From positions 3,889,037 through 3,953,036 of the forward strand of contig MU058463.1 in the NCBI GenBank assembly GCA_013265495.1: a stretch of 64,000 nt of DNA, written 5' to 3'. The notes below the pieces were generated by a model. That model was not told the DNA's origin and did not search any database. It saw nothing but the letters and a program-made list of their open reading frames with translations. Numbering within the stretch: the stretch's first letter is position 1; every line of letters begins with the position of its first letter. Below, one piece after another: positions 26,149-37,317 of the stretch. The stretch is from Vicugna vicugna (lineage: Eukaryota). The position numbers were made by a program, and so were the translations under genes.

Positions 26149-29100
26149 AAGTGGAGTAGAAGGACTCTTGTAGCTCACTCTCTCCCACAAATACACCAAA
26201 ACTCACATCTACGGACCTACTCAGCCAACCAGAGCACCTGCCGAACTCCAACAGAACATCACCCTATTCGAAAGTCAAAGACGCCAAAAATCTGATAGGA
26301 GAAAAGGAAAATAGAAAGAAGAAAAAGCAAAACAGTGTGGGACTGGTCCCGCAGTGAGGGAGTGGCAAAGGAGGACTGGCGCTCGTTTGCTGGGTCCCCC
26401 GATTCCAACAGAGAGGCCAGCGGGATGGAAAGGGAACCTCCGAGGCTCAGATCTGCCCTGAGCAGCCCTTGACCAACAGAACTGAGTTAAATGGACACAA
26501 AAGGTCCCTGTGACACCCAGCCTGAGACGCGAGCCAGCAGCTGGGGCCGGGACAGGCTGCCCGAGCCGGGCGGAGGACAGGGGCAGCTGCACTGAGGCAG
26601 CCCGAGGGGACTGCAGGGGGCTGTGCACCATGGCTGGGTGGGGTTACAGAGCAGAACAACCTCGGTCCCCCATAAATTGTGAAAAAAGCAAAGCAACACG
26701 GCTGGTGTGCCCTGGGGGGAGGGCGCCATAGCCTTTGTCTCCTCAGACCTGCGTTGCCATTACTGGCGCATCTCACAAGAAGACAGGCAGGGTGCAGCCA
26801 CAGCCGCCATCTCCTCCTGTGTGCAGCGCTGGGGTGGGGGTGGGGCCAAGACCTGAATCCGCATCCCAGGGCTCCAGAACCTCCTGGGCAGGACTGTGAC
26901 TTGTTTACAACCCGAGGTAGATAGGATCTTTCTGCACTGGCACCTCAGAGAACTTGCACCACTAAGACAAACAAGGAGCTGAGATTTGGCATGGAGCAGG
27001 GGTGGGGGCCATTCTGCAGTCTTCCCAGAGCCCGCCTTTGGAGTAGGCAGCTGCACAGAGGAGCGGGAGTGACCAGCGCCAGGAGAGGGCAGGCGGCCAC
27101 CCCACTACCTGCCAGGAACACAGCACCTGACCATGATGCTGGGAGGGAGCGTGATCTGCCCACCTGCCTCCCCCTAGCACAGCATCTGACTGAGACATCT
27201 GGAGGGGGAGAGACCCATCCGCCCACTGGGTAAGAGCTCAGCTCCTGACCCAGTGTTAGGAGGGTGCACGATCTGCTAGCCGACAGCCACTGGGAGCAGC
27301 ACAGACAAGGGCGCCAACAGAGGGCCTCTGGAAACAGCAAGCTGAGTTCACAAAACAGGGCGAAGACACAAAGACCTCTCAATAAAATCATTAGGAGCAC
27401 ACCGTCTCCAGGAGAACAAGATAATTGATACTCCTTAAGCCACAGTGCCAGAGAGATATAAGCAATATGAAGCAGAGGAACCATTCCCAATTAAAAGATC
27501 AAGAGAAATTCCCTGAAAGCATGATCAAGGAAATAGACATCGATGGCCTACTAGATCAAGATTTCAAAAAGGACTGAGTACTGAAGGAACTAAAAGAAAT
27601 AGTGTTTAGAGATATAAAATATGTCAAAAATGAAATAGAAGCTATAAAGAAGAACCAAGTAGAAATAATAAACTCATTTGCTGAGATGAGACCTAACCTA
27701 AAGGCTGTACAAAGCAGGCTAGATAATGCAGAGGAACGAATAAGTGACCTAGAAGACAGGACAACAGAAAGCACCCAATCAGAACAGCTGAGAGAAAAAC
27801 AAATAAAAAACAATGAAAACAATATAAAGGACCTATAGGATAATATAAAGCCCACCAATCTACGCATAATAGGGGGTTCCAGAAGGGGAAGAAAGAACAA
27901 AGGGGATTGAAAAGGTCTTTGAAGAAATCATGACTGAAAACTTCCCAAACCTAAAGAAAGAATCAGATATCCAAGTACAGGAGGCTCAGAGGGTCCCAAA
28001 CAGGAAGAACCCAAACAGACCCACACCAAGACATATCACCATCAAGATGGCCAGAGTCAAGGATGAAGAAATGATCCTAAAGGCAGCAAGAGAAAAACAA
28101 AGAGTGAGTTACAAGGGAACCCCCATAAGGCTCTCAGCTGATTTCTCTACACAAACACTACAGGCCAGAAGGGAGTGGCAAGATATATTCAAAGTCCTGA
28201 ATGAAAAAAAGATGCAGCCTAGGATACTCTATCCAGCAAGGCTATCCTTTAGAATAGGAGAGATAAAGAACTTCACAGACAAGCAAAAACTAAAAGAGTT
28301 TAGCAACACTAAACACATGCTAAAAGAAATATTGACAGGTCTACTATAAACAGAAAAGAAGCAAGATGCTACAAAAATGAGAAACTCGTAACTGGAAAGG
28401 AGATAACTGCCATGAATTACGAAAAGAATAAACACAAAATTGTAAAAAAAAAAAAGACATCTAAATCATTAAGAGTGGGAGAGAGAAGCAAGGAAAGCCA
28501 CTGTGGAAAAAACAGTATGGAGATTCCTCAAAAGACTAGGAATAGACTTACCATATGACCCAGGAATCCCACTCCTGGGCATATATCCAGAAGGAATCCT
28601 AATTCAAAATGACACCTGCATCCCAATGTTCATAGCAGCACTATTTACAATGGCCAAGACATGGAAACAACCTGAATGTCCATCAACAGATGACTGAATG
28701 AAGAAGAGGTGGTACATTTATACGATGGAATACTATTCAGCCACAAAAACTGACGACATAATGCCATTTGCAGCAACATGGATGTTCCTGGAGAATGTCA
28801 TTCAAAGTGAAGTAAGCCAGAAAAAGAAAGAAAAATACCATATGAGATTGCTTATATGAGGAATCTAAAAACAAAAACAAAAAAAACCCACCATAATTAC
28901 AAAACAGAAACAGACTCATAGACATAGAATACAAACTTGTGGTTGCCAAGGGGGCGGGGGGTGGGAAGGGACAGACTGGGATTTTAAAATGCAGAATAGA
29001 TAAACAAGATTATACTGTATAGCACAGGGAAAAATATTCAAGATCTTGTGGTAGCTCATAGTGAAAAAAAATGTGACAATGAATATATACATGTTCATGT

Positions 29101-29184
29101 ATGACTGAAAAATTGTGCTGTGCACTAGAATTTGACACAACATTGTAAAGTAACTATTAATCAATAAAAAATGTAAAAAAAAAA
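26149..29184 (+). mobile_element. Relatively young L1 with near-complete 5'UTR, ORF1 and 3' end but almost no ORF2 (HAL1-like or internally deleted)
   Basis: Perfect 16-bp TSD AAGGAAATCCTTTCAG at 26133-26148 and 29185-29200. GC-rich 5'UTR, ORF1 remnant 27467-28349, junction at about 28497 straight into the ORF2 C-terminus (VEKTVWRFLKRLGIDLPYDPGIPLLGIYP), then AATAAA and poly-A. Confidence 0.93.
27467..28349 (+). pseudogene. L1 ORF1p (coiled-coil/RRM/CTD), disrupted
   Basis: SRLDNAEERISDLED, ENFPNL, QEAQRVP, PTPRHI, IRLSADFS and RILYPARLSF motifs. Stops at 27575 (TGA) and 27836 (TAG), and a +1 frameshift near 27875. Confidence 0.92.
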
Positions 29185-29654
29185 AAGGAAATCCTTTCAG
29201 GGGTGTGGACAGGGTATGGGAAGAAACATGGGAGGCAGGAAGCTGTTTCACTCCTAGAACTGAAGGGGCAAAGAGAGGAAAAGAATTATCAGAGCCCTGG
29301 GAGTTGGTGCCAAGGAGGAGGAGCTGTCCAGCAGGAATTCTAGTCACAAAGTGACACAGCCACTGCTAGAAGAAGGGAGAGAGCCGGGAAAAAGTATCCT
29401 GACCTACCTCTCCTCCCGTACTTCAGTCTCCTGAGAGGGTTCCCCCATTGGCCAAACCCAATCAGAATGCAGCCTCAAGGGAGCCCAGGTGATGCAGGGC
29501 ACAGGAGCCAGCCTCCAGGGACACAAAGCAGTTCAGTGAAGGGAGGAGAATACCTCTGCAGGAAAAAGACAAAAAGTAGTTCTGGAGGTTTGTCTGTTGC
29601 GACAACTAGCTTTAATAACTTTAATACAAAATCATTGATGGATTTTGAGCAGAT

Positions 29655-30045
29655 TTTTAAAAAATAAGTTTTATTGAAATATAACTTGTACATCATAAAT
29701 TTCATCCTTTTAAAGTACATAATTCAATAGTTTTTACTATATTCAAAGTTATACAATAATCCATACTAATTCTAGAAAAATTTCATCACATTCCCCCCTA
29801 CAAAACAAACCCATACCCACTAAGTTGTCCCTCCCTATCCCCCACTTCCCCAGCCACTAGCAATCACCAACCTACTTTCTGTTTCAATGGATTTGTCTAT
29901 TCTGGATGTTATACATAAATGGAATCAAACAAATGTGAGCCTTTGTATCTGGCTTCTTTCATTTAGCATAATATTTTCAAAATTCATCCATGTTGTAGCA
30001 TGTATTTCCTTTTATTGCTGGATTATATTTTATCACATATGATAT
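29655..30045 (-). mobile_element. L1MB-like 3' end
   Basis: ttttattgaaatataa...ttttaaagtacataattcaatagtttt...ggatttgtctattctgga...tggcttctttcatttagcataat. Confidence 0.8.
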
Positions 30046-30619
30046 AGCTTTCAAAGATAACAGCTGTGTAAAGAAGAGGTTGGCAGAGGAGTGTGTGTAG
30101 GTTGAGGAGTGATTGTGTTCTCCAAAAACATTGCCTCAACCTATTTTCAGGCCAAGAAATAAGTTAGAGAAGACAAACAGCACTCTTTATATCCCATCCT
30201 GAAACAGCCCCCTTTTCTTGGATCCCATTTCAATGAGTGACACCACTGTCCACCCTGAATCTGGGAGTCACATCAGGGTCCTCCATTTCTGATACCAACT
30301 GGTGGAGTCATCCTGTCTACATCGTCCTTTTTGTCCCTTCCATAGTAGGACACTCTCTCATGAGCCTCATCATGGGATTCAAACATTGTCACACTTTGTG
30401 CTTACTCACATAGGTTCATTCACATGCCTCTTCAACAGACTTCCTTCTCTCCAATCTTTCAATCTTTCTACTTCAAGGCCCCTAACAAATGGCCAAGCCA
30501 TCTGCTACTACTCGTGAGTCTTACATATACTTACTTCAGGCTAATTCTCTTAACGTGCAAAATGGATGACTATGTGCAATGCATGAAGTTTGAACCATTG
30601 GGAGAATTTTGCCTTATCA

Positions 30620-31545
30620 CTATCTGTGAGATCATAGTATAGCAGCAGTTCATGTCAGCTTGCATTTGATTACTAAGTCAACTTAAGCTTGAACAAAGCT
30701 CAGCTGTTTTCCTCTTCTTGCAGTAAGTCATAAGGGATCCCCCAACTACATGCAGTCATATGTTTGAGATTAGACACAGGTACCGGTGCAATAATGGTTG
30801 ATGACATCTGGCCACACACTCATACAGCTTACTTGTTTTCTGGTCCTATTCATGCCCAATCCTGGGTGTATCACCTCCATCTTACTGCAGGTTTTTACTG
30901 GGCCCACTGGACCATATAAATTGGTGAAGACCAGATGAAAGATGATAAAATGCCATCATTTGGCTGAGGAGCCATATCAGGTCTAATATGTGGATGGAAG
31001 ACTATCTGCCTCACTAAGGGTCCAATTAGGAAAACAAACAAGTGCATGCCAGGTCATTAAGAGAGGGGATTGCAATGGTACTGAAGGAGCTGAAAAGCAA
31101 ATCAGGGGCTAGAGACATCTCAAGGATTAGTATCAGCAGGAAGCTACTATAATCCCTAGGGCAGGAGTTCCCAAAGGAGGAGATGCTATTGCCATATTCC
31201 AGGAGCTGGGGCCTCCCAGGGAGAACTGGTTCCACAACAGAGGGTACCTGGCTGGAGCTGGATCATGGAAGGAGAAGCTGTCCAGCAGGAGCTGGAACCA
31301 CATAGGAAATGTTGCCCAAAGCAGAAAGAGCAGTCAGGGTGGAGAGTGGGGGAGGCATGGTTTCTCTTCCTTCCCACTTTCCAATCACCCGTCTCACCCT
31401 GCAGGCTAAACCTAATTTGAAGCTAGCTGGTAACAGAGCCCAGAAAATGTAGTTTGCAGGGATCATTCCCCTGCTGTACAGAGAAGGGCAGGGAAATGGA
31501 GAGAAACGGACCCAAGAGCAAACAAGTAAATTACTGGCACATCAC
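30620..31545 (-). mobile_element. ERVL-type LTR (LTR41-like, about 31010-31545) with probable adjacent internal remnant
   Basis: agggtccaattaggaaaac...agcaggaagctact; resembles the LTR at 29.2-29.6 kb. Confidence 0.45.
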
Positions 31546-32344
31546 GCCACCTGTGCCTAGAGATGGTCATTAGGAGGACCTGCAGGGAAGCCATAGCTTT
31601 TCTCAGGAAGCAGTACTGTCTTTGCTCCACCACAAAAATAATTAGCCTAGTTCCCAACATATGACATCTTGCAGATACTATTCTGTCTAAACTAAGAAAA
31701 CAGGATTATCACAAATTAATTTAGGAAAAGTATGAACTATTTTTCATGAAATGTATGTTCTAAAAACTTTTTAAACAGCTTCTGACCCAGTCTGAAAACA
31801 AACCTGACATGATAAAGGAGCAAAATGTTTTTAAGAGAAATATTTATGAAGAACTAGTAAATCAACTCCCTTTAACTTTCAAAATACAAAAGTAAAAATA
31901 TTGATCAAAACAGGAAGTTGAACAAGGTGGGGCTAAGATTCTGAAGTTAATTAAGTATGTGAGTAATGGATGATCTATAATTTTTGACCAGAGAAGTGTA
32001 CCATAGCCACCAGCCACTTGAGGAAAAAACTATGTTTTGACTATTATGTGTCAAAAATATAGCAATCAGTTAAAATTCCAAAAACTCACTGAATTTATGA
32101 AAGGAAGCAATACGTTTTGTGACTGAACAAACCACCTAAGAACAGGATATTTTAGGAAAATGAACAGTCTTTGGATTCTATTCTTCTTGTCATATCAAGA
32201 TATAGTAAACCTGTATTTGTAGATAGGACTGTGTGAAAAGACAAACTTCCAAATCTAAATGTATACAATTCAAACTGTGCAACTGTTTTGTTACTTCCTT
32301 TAGCACAAGACTGGGAAACAACTTAAACAAAGCAACACACATAA

Positions 32345-32480
32345 TATTAATCATAATAGTTATTGACTCACATAATGTGCTAAGCAAGTCTTTCACACAT
32401 ATTATTTAACTTAATCCTCAAAGAATCTAATTTGACTGATGAGAAAACTCAGCCTGAAGGAGGCTAAGTGTCTTTAAAAT
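32345..32480 (-). mobile_element. MIR fragment
   Basis: gtgctaagc...tttcacacatattatttaacttaatcctca...gatgagaaaactcag. Confidence 0.6.
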
Positions 32481-34049
32481 AAGAGCATACCTACTATAAT
32501 CAGTTTAGAGACATTTAGATATATCTTGATATCTGGATTAGCCAGGGACCATATTAAATAATGTATTTCAAGGAAATTTTGACATGATAAAATTGCTATT
32601 CTATATAAAAATTTCAATAGTCCTTTAGGGTTTGAGGAAATATGATTTAATTATTAAATTATTTAACCTTAGTAATAAAAACTAACCTAATAATTTATAA
32701 ACTATATAGAAGTTTTCAAGGTTAAAATTCTGTAGTTCTTACATTTCTCTCTTCCAAAGTTAATACTTTATATGACTTTCTGTATCAGTTGTGGAAGCTT
32801 CCTTTGGGCTAAAATGCATCACAACAATGAGATTTTTAAATTTTTGATTTATATGCAAATATATATTACTGAATTTACATACCTCAAAGAGTATTCTCAC
32901 TAATAAATATTTTAGAATAATTTTTCAGGGATGAAAATTAAACTCAGGCCCTAGTATCTAATTTTTTTATTAGTAGGAAAACTTGGACGTGAAATTTGTA
33001 TCTTTTAAAACTAATATGAATAAAAAGGAAAAAGCATTAACTCTTACACCTACAAATTACTCAATCTTCCAAGGCTCTAAAAATAATTGTTTAAAGGAAG
33101 AGGTCAAGATATCTAGGGGAGCCAATATGTAACTTTTGTTTAAAAGAATTTCAATTGCCATGTTGACTTTTTCTGTTATGTTTGGAGTATTCAATATATT
33201 ATATAAAATATATTTCACTTTAAAGTGCAATAAGGTCATATTTGTCAAGAATGCAGAATCCTGTGGCCTTTAGAAAGCCAAGATTACTGATGAGTGAAGC
33301 ATTTCTTCACTCTTCAGGCTAGAGTATTTTTTTTTCTTCCAAACTGTTCTCAGCTACTAAACTTGTTTTAAAATGCTCTCAGCTACCAAGTTTGTTTTTT
33401 ATATGCTCTGATACATTATTGTACAAATATGGGAAACAAACTCAAACTCTTGACTTGACCACAACATTTTCAGCAGTCTTGATGTTTCTGATAATATACA
33501 TGCTTCCTGTGTTTGTAATCTTGTGAAGTATTAGTATAATACTAACCTTTTAAAAGAAACTAACAATGTCAATCATTGTCCTCTTATATACACTTCATGG
33601 TTTCTGCCTGTTATTTACTACATCAGTACAGATGGTTTCCTTAAAAATATGTATCCTTAAAGATATAATAGAGTACAAAAAAAGGTAAGTCTGATTAGAA
33701 AATTATATAATCTGAATTATAATTCAGAAAATTATAGTCCGAGGTTTGCAATTCCAAGTGGTAAAGAGCGACAAAATCTGCGATCATAAGGATGAAAGAT
33801 GAAGCCACAGTAGTCTTATATGGTCATAGACAGGAGAGATCCTTTTGAGAAATAAGCATATCAGTCACAGAGACCAAAAATACTATGCACGTGTTTCACT
33901 AATAAAATGGGCAAAGTCAGGATTTGCCTTAGTTCAATGTTATTCTTTGAGGGCGATTGTGTCCTGAACTCCTGTCTAGTCAATTCTGACACCCAATCCG
34001 CCCCAATGCTCCCTCCACTCTCCTCCACGCCTCTAGCCCTCCCTCCTAA

Positions 34050-34730
34050 CACGAATGCACACACACACGCCCAGCCTGGCCAGAAGATAAAGCTAAGATG
34101 GCAGCGCGGAAAGTACAGGAGCCGCTTTCAGTGGGGCTGGAAAAACAAAAGCAAAGCCCTCTCCATATATTTTCACTTTGCACGTTTCCTTGAATAGTAA
34201 GAATCTCCCCCAACCCCCTTCCCAACACATGGGCATTCCGTAGTAGTGCGCGCTGTACTGGCGGAAGGGGACGCTTGCTCTGCACATTTCAAGAAATCCA
34301 CATCTCCACCGTTTGCAGCGGTGGTTCAGGTGACCCTCGCGACTTGCCTTGGGGAACCACCCTCCCCTTCAGGTCCCCTTGAGAGTGGAATCACGGGTGA
34401 GTCCAAACGCCCTTTCCTCCCCGGCATGCGCCCCATTCCCTACCACCCCAGGGGAGACTTCCAAGGTGCCCAGCTGCGAAGGCAGTAGCCGCAGCAGTTG
34501 CAGTGACCCAGGAGCGCACGGTGCAGAGGCAGGAAGAGGAGGAAAAGAAAAAAAGCTGCACTGGCTATCAATTTAGAGTAGAGCGGCCGCTACCGCTGCC
34601 GTGGAAGGAAACGCTGCCAACCGCAAGAGAAACGCCACCCTCGGATACCTAAGAGAGCATGTGTGCGACTCTGCGCACGCCTAGTTGCGCCCCTCAATGA
34701 CAGTGGGTTTCTTAGGAAATTGTCCAGTTA
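34050..34730. promoter_or_regulatory. Second CpG-enriched, promoter/enhancer-like element about 2.5 kb upstream of MYCBP2
   Basis: Many CpGs in non-repeat-looking sequence, including GCGGCCGC at 34583, a YY1-like AAGATGGC at 34095, NRF1-like TGCGCACGC near 34672 and ETS-like CGGAA motifs. Confidence 0.6.
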
Positions 34731-35069
34731 CCGGGTTTTGTGTGTACCCAGAAGGCTCAGGAAGAGGCCTGTCTCGGACTGAAGGGTACAGTAAAGACCT
34801 AAGGGAAATTAAGGAATGGGTAAGAGGGAACTCAGAGACCAGTGCTCCAGGTCAGTCTCCACTAGAAACTCTAAAGGGGCAATGACTGCACATGCCACCA
34901 CCTAAGCCTGAGCTGGAAATGTTTCTCTGTGCAGGCAACATTTCTTCATTCATTCAACCAGTATCTGTTTCCCTCCTGCTTAGGTCTAGAGTCTGTGCTA
35001 GGAGCTGGGAAAATAATGGAGGAACAGACACAAGAACCATTTCATTCCTTATGGAAAAGTATAGTGTGG

Positions 35070-35072
<3 letters not shown>

Positions 35073-35103
<31 letters not shown>
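35073..35103. repeat. (TG)15 microsatellite
   Basis: Direct reading. Confidence 0.97.
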
Positions 35104-35106
<3 letters not shown>

Positions 35107-36311
35107 ACCGTTCGTGAAAAGCCATGTGACAAAGTAGATGTCCTAGACACTTGAAGTCCTCCCACAATCTCCTGCAGTAGCATTTTGACCATTTTTCAGA
35201 GGCTGACACTTGCCCAAAGACAGAGTCAGGATCTAAACCCTCCTCTGTGAGAGCCTTTTGGCTACCTGTCTGGCTCTTGCAACAGTCATGAGCCCATGGA
35301 GCTGCTAAGCATTCAGGCCTTTAATTCCACTAGCCTTGAGCAGCCTCTATATCTGTGTCTTGGCTTTCACCCCAGGGTTGGGGATGCAGTGGGGGGAGGA
35401 GAGGTGCAAGGTCTGGGCGTTTTCTGTTCCACAGAGGTCTGTAACTGTGCTGAACCATCAGGACAGGAATTTTACCTAACTAATCTTGATGGATACTCCC
35501 ATATGCAAGGTTCTACACTGAGGAAGACACAAAAATAAACAAGAAGCTCTGAAGGAGCTTAAATGATAGTTGAGGAAATAAAAAGTATAAAACCTGTGCA
35601 ACAGTGCTACTCACATGACTAAAATACTGTGATTCCCCATGCCTGTCCTTTGTCCCTGTTTTTATTATCCCACATTTACATATCATTTTAAAATCAAAAT
35701 GACACACATTTATTAGTCAAAGACCCAGATAAAGTGCACTCCTTCAGCATTCTCTCCTGCAAAACCTAGAATTAATTTATTTCCCCCTTCTTGTTCGTAC
35801 TTCTCTAAACAGTAAATAGGGCTTGCTTTTTTTTTTTTCCCCTCCTATAGAAGGACATTCAAAGAGGCACAGGCTTAGGAGCCAGTAAGTATATAAAGGT
35901 TATAGCCCTGGGATTATAAGACTTAAAAATGATTTTGTCATAAGGATGAGTTAAACAAACTCTTCAAATTGAGAGTTGGAAGGATAAAACTGTATAGGAA
36001 CCTGGGTGCACTGGCACATGTATTTCTAGAACATTTACTTAGAAGTTAGTAGAATAGCCTGGAACAGGGGACTCAGCAAATATTACATTTTTATAGATAA
36101 CAATGATAAGATCTTTGGTAGATATGACATTTTCAGATGTTATATAGTCACAGTCACAATTACAGTTTCAGGTCACATTCAAGAAGTATCTTCAGTAATG
36201 TAAATCTAGACAGAAAAAGATAAGCCATTAAATGACCACTGTCCAGAGATAAGAGTGCACTCTTAGGGTGAGTGTGGAGTCAAAAAAAGATATTTAAGAA
36301 AAATATTACTA

Positions 36312-36390
36312 TGTGAATAGCTGAATCACTTTGCTGGACGCCAGATACTAACACAACATTGTAAATCAATTATACTTCAATTTTAAAAAA
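36312..36390 (+). mobile_element. Extremely 5'-truncated L1 3' tail (~80 bp)
   Basis: ctgaatcactttgctg...aacacaacattgtaaatcaattatacttcaa matches the 3' end of the L1 at about 4260-4310. Confidence 0.75.
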
Positions 36391-37108
36391 GTATTATTGC
36401 ATTACGATTTAGCTCTGATAGAAATGTTGAGAACAAGAATTTAGGAAGGACTCTGACTTGTGAATACTTTCATATCTGGGAAATCTACTTTCACAGAAAA
36501 AAAATGCACTAAATTACTACCTGTCTTTTGTAAGTAAAGCTATTTTAAACAGACCTAAATCCTAATGACAAAAATAATCCTAAATAAGATCGCCAAAGGG
36601 ACTTCTAATTCGGCTGGCCTCCTCTGCCTTGGCTGAGTTCAGTCAGCACCATTCACAGTGTATTTTCCCATTGGCAGCACACACTCGGGAAAGGTGGCAG
36701 GAGTGCGCAACAGATTCTCTGGCGGTGGGCACGTCGCCTTTCTTTCAGGTCCCAGTTCTCCCACCTGGAGGGAACCCAGTACCTGAAGCCGACGGGTTGT
36801 AGCTGACAGCCTCCCCAGCACTTTCCTTACTCTTCCTCAAGCTGCTGGTAAAACCCGGAGAGGTGGACTTCCCTCAGATTCCGCCCGACTCTACGGCCCC
36901 ACACCCAAAGCCCTGGGGTGGAGGGAGTGGTGGCGGAGGGGGGGTGGGGAGGGAAGGGGGCCGGAGTGACTGAGCATGTGCGAGGAGTGGCGCATGCCCA
37001 GTGCGGCCGACAGCTTCCCATTGCGGGTTGCTCCGGCGGTGGCAGCGGTGGCGGCGGCGGCAGCGGCGGCACCGCCTCCTCCTCACACTCCCGTGGTGGC
37101 GGGGTTAG

Positions 37109-37192
37109 ATGAACGGCCCCAGTAGCGGCGAGGGCGGTGCGGGAGGGAGGAGGAGGAGAAGGAGAAGGAGGAGGAGGTCGCTGTCTTTGTAG
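37109..37192 (+). other. Candidate uORF (27 aa: MNGPSSGEGGAGGRRRRRRRRRRSLSL*) upstream of the MYCBP2 start
   Basis: ATG at 37109 and TAG at 37190-37192, out of frame with the main CDS, stopping 125 nt before it. Transcription and translation are not shown. Confidence 0.5.
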
Positions 37193-37317
37193 TCTCCCTG
37201 GTGCGGGAGCGAGAGGCCGCCGCTGGAGCCCGTTGTCGTTGGAAAAGGGCTGTGTGCGCGCGCGTGTCTGCCTGCCCGGCCCTCGGGGACGAGGCGACGG
37301 TGGCGGCAGCGGCGAGG

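Larger units (their letters stand above)
26070..29578 (-). mobile_element. ERVL-type LTR (LTR41-like; about 26070-26148 and 29185-29578), split by the young L1
   Basis: Sequence is continuous across the L1 TSD; ccccattggccaaacccaatcagaa...agggagcccaggtgatgcag motifs. Confidence 0.5.
25765..29630 (+). mobile_element. MLT1J-like LTR split (about 25765-26070 and 29580-29630) by an ERVL LTR and an L1
   Basis: tcccagcctcccttgcagtta...ttattgtcttaagccac...tttggggatt resumes as ggaggtttgtctgttgc...taataca. Confidence 0.55.

Noticed and set aside
26275..27490. Cluster of ORFs up to 181 aa
   Set aside because: All lie within the GC-rich L1 5'UTR; no protein features recognised.
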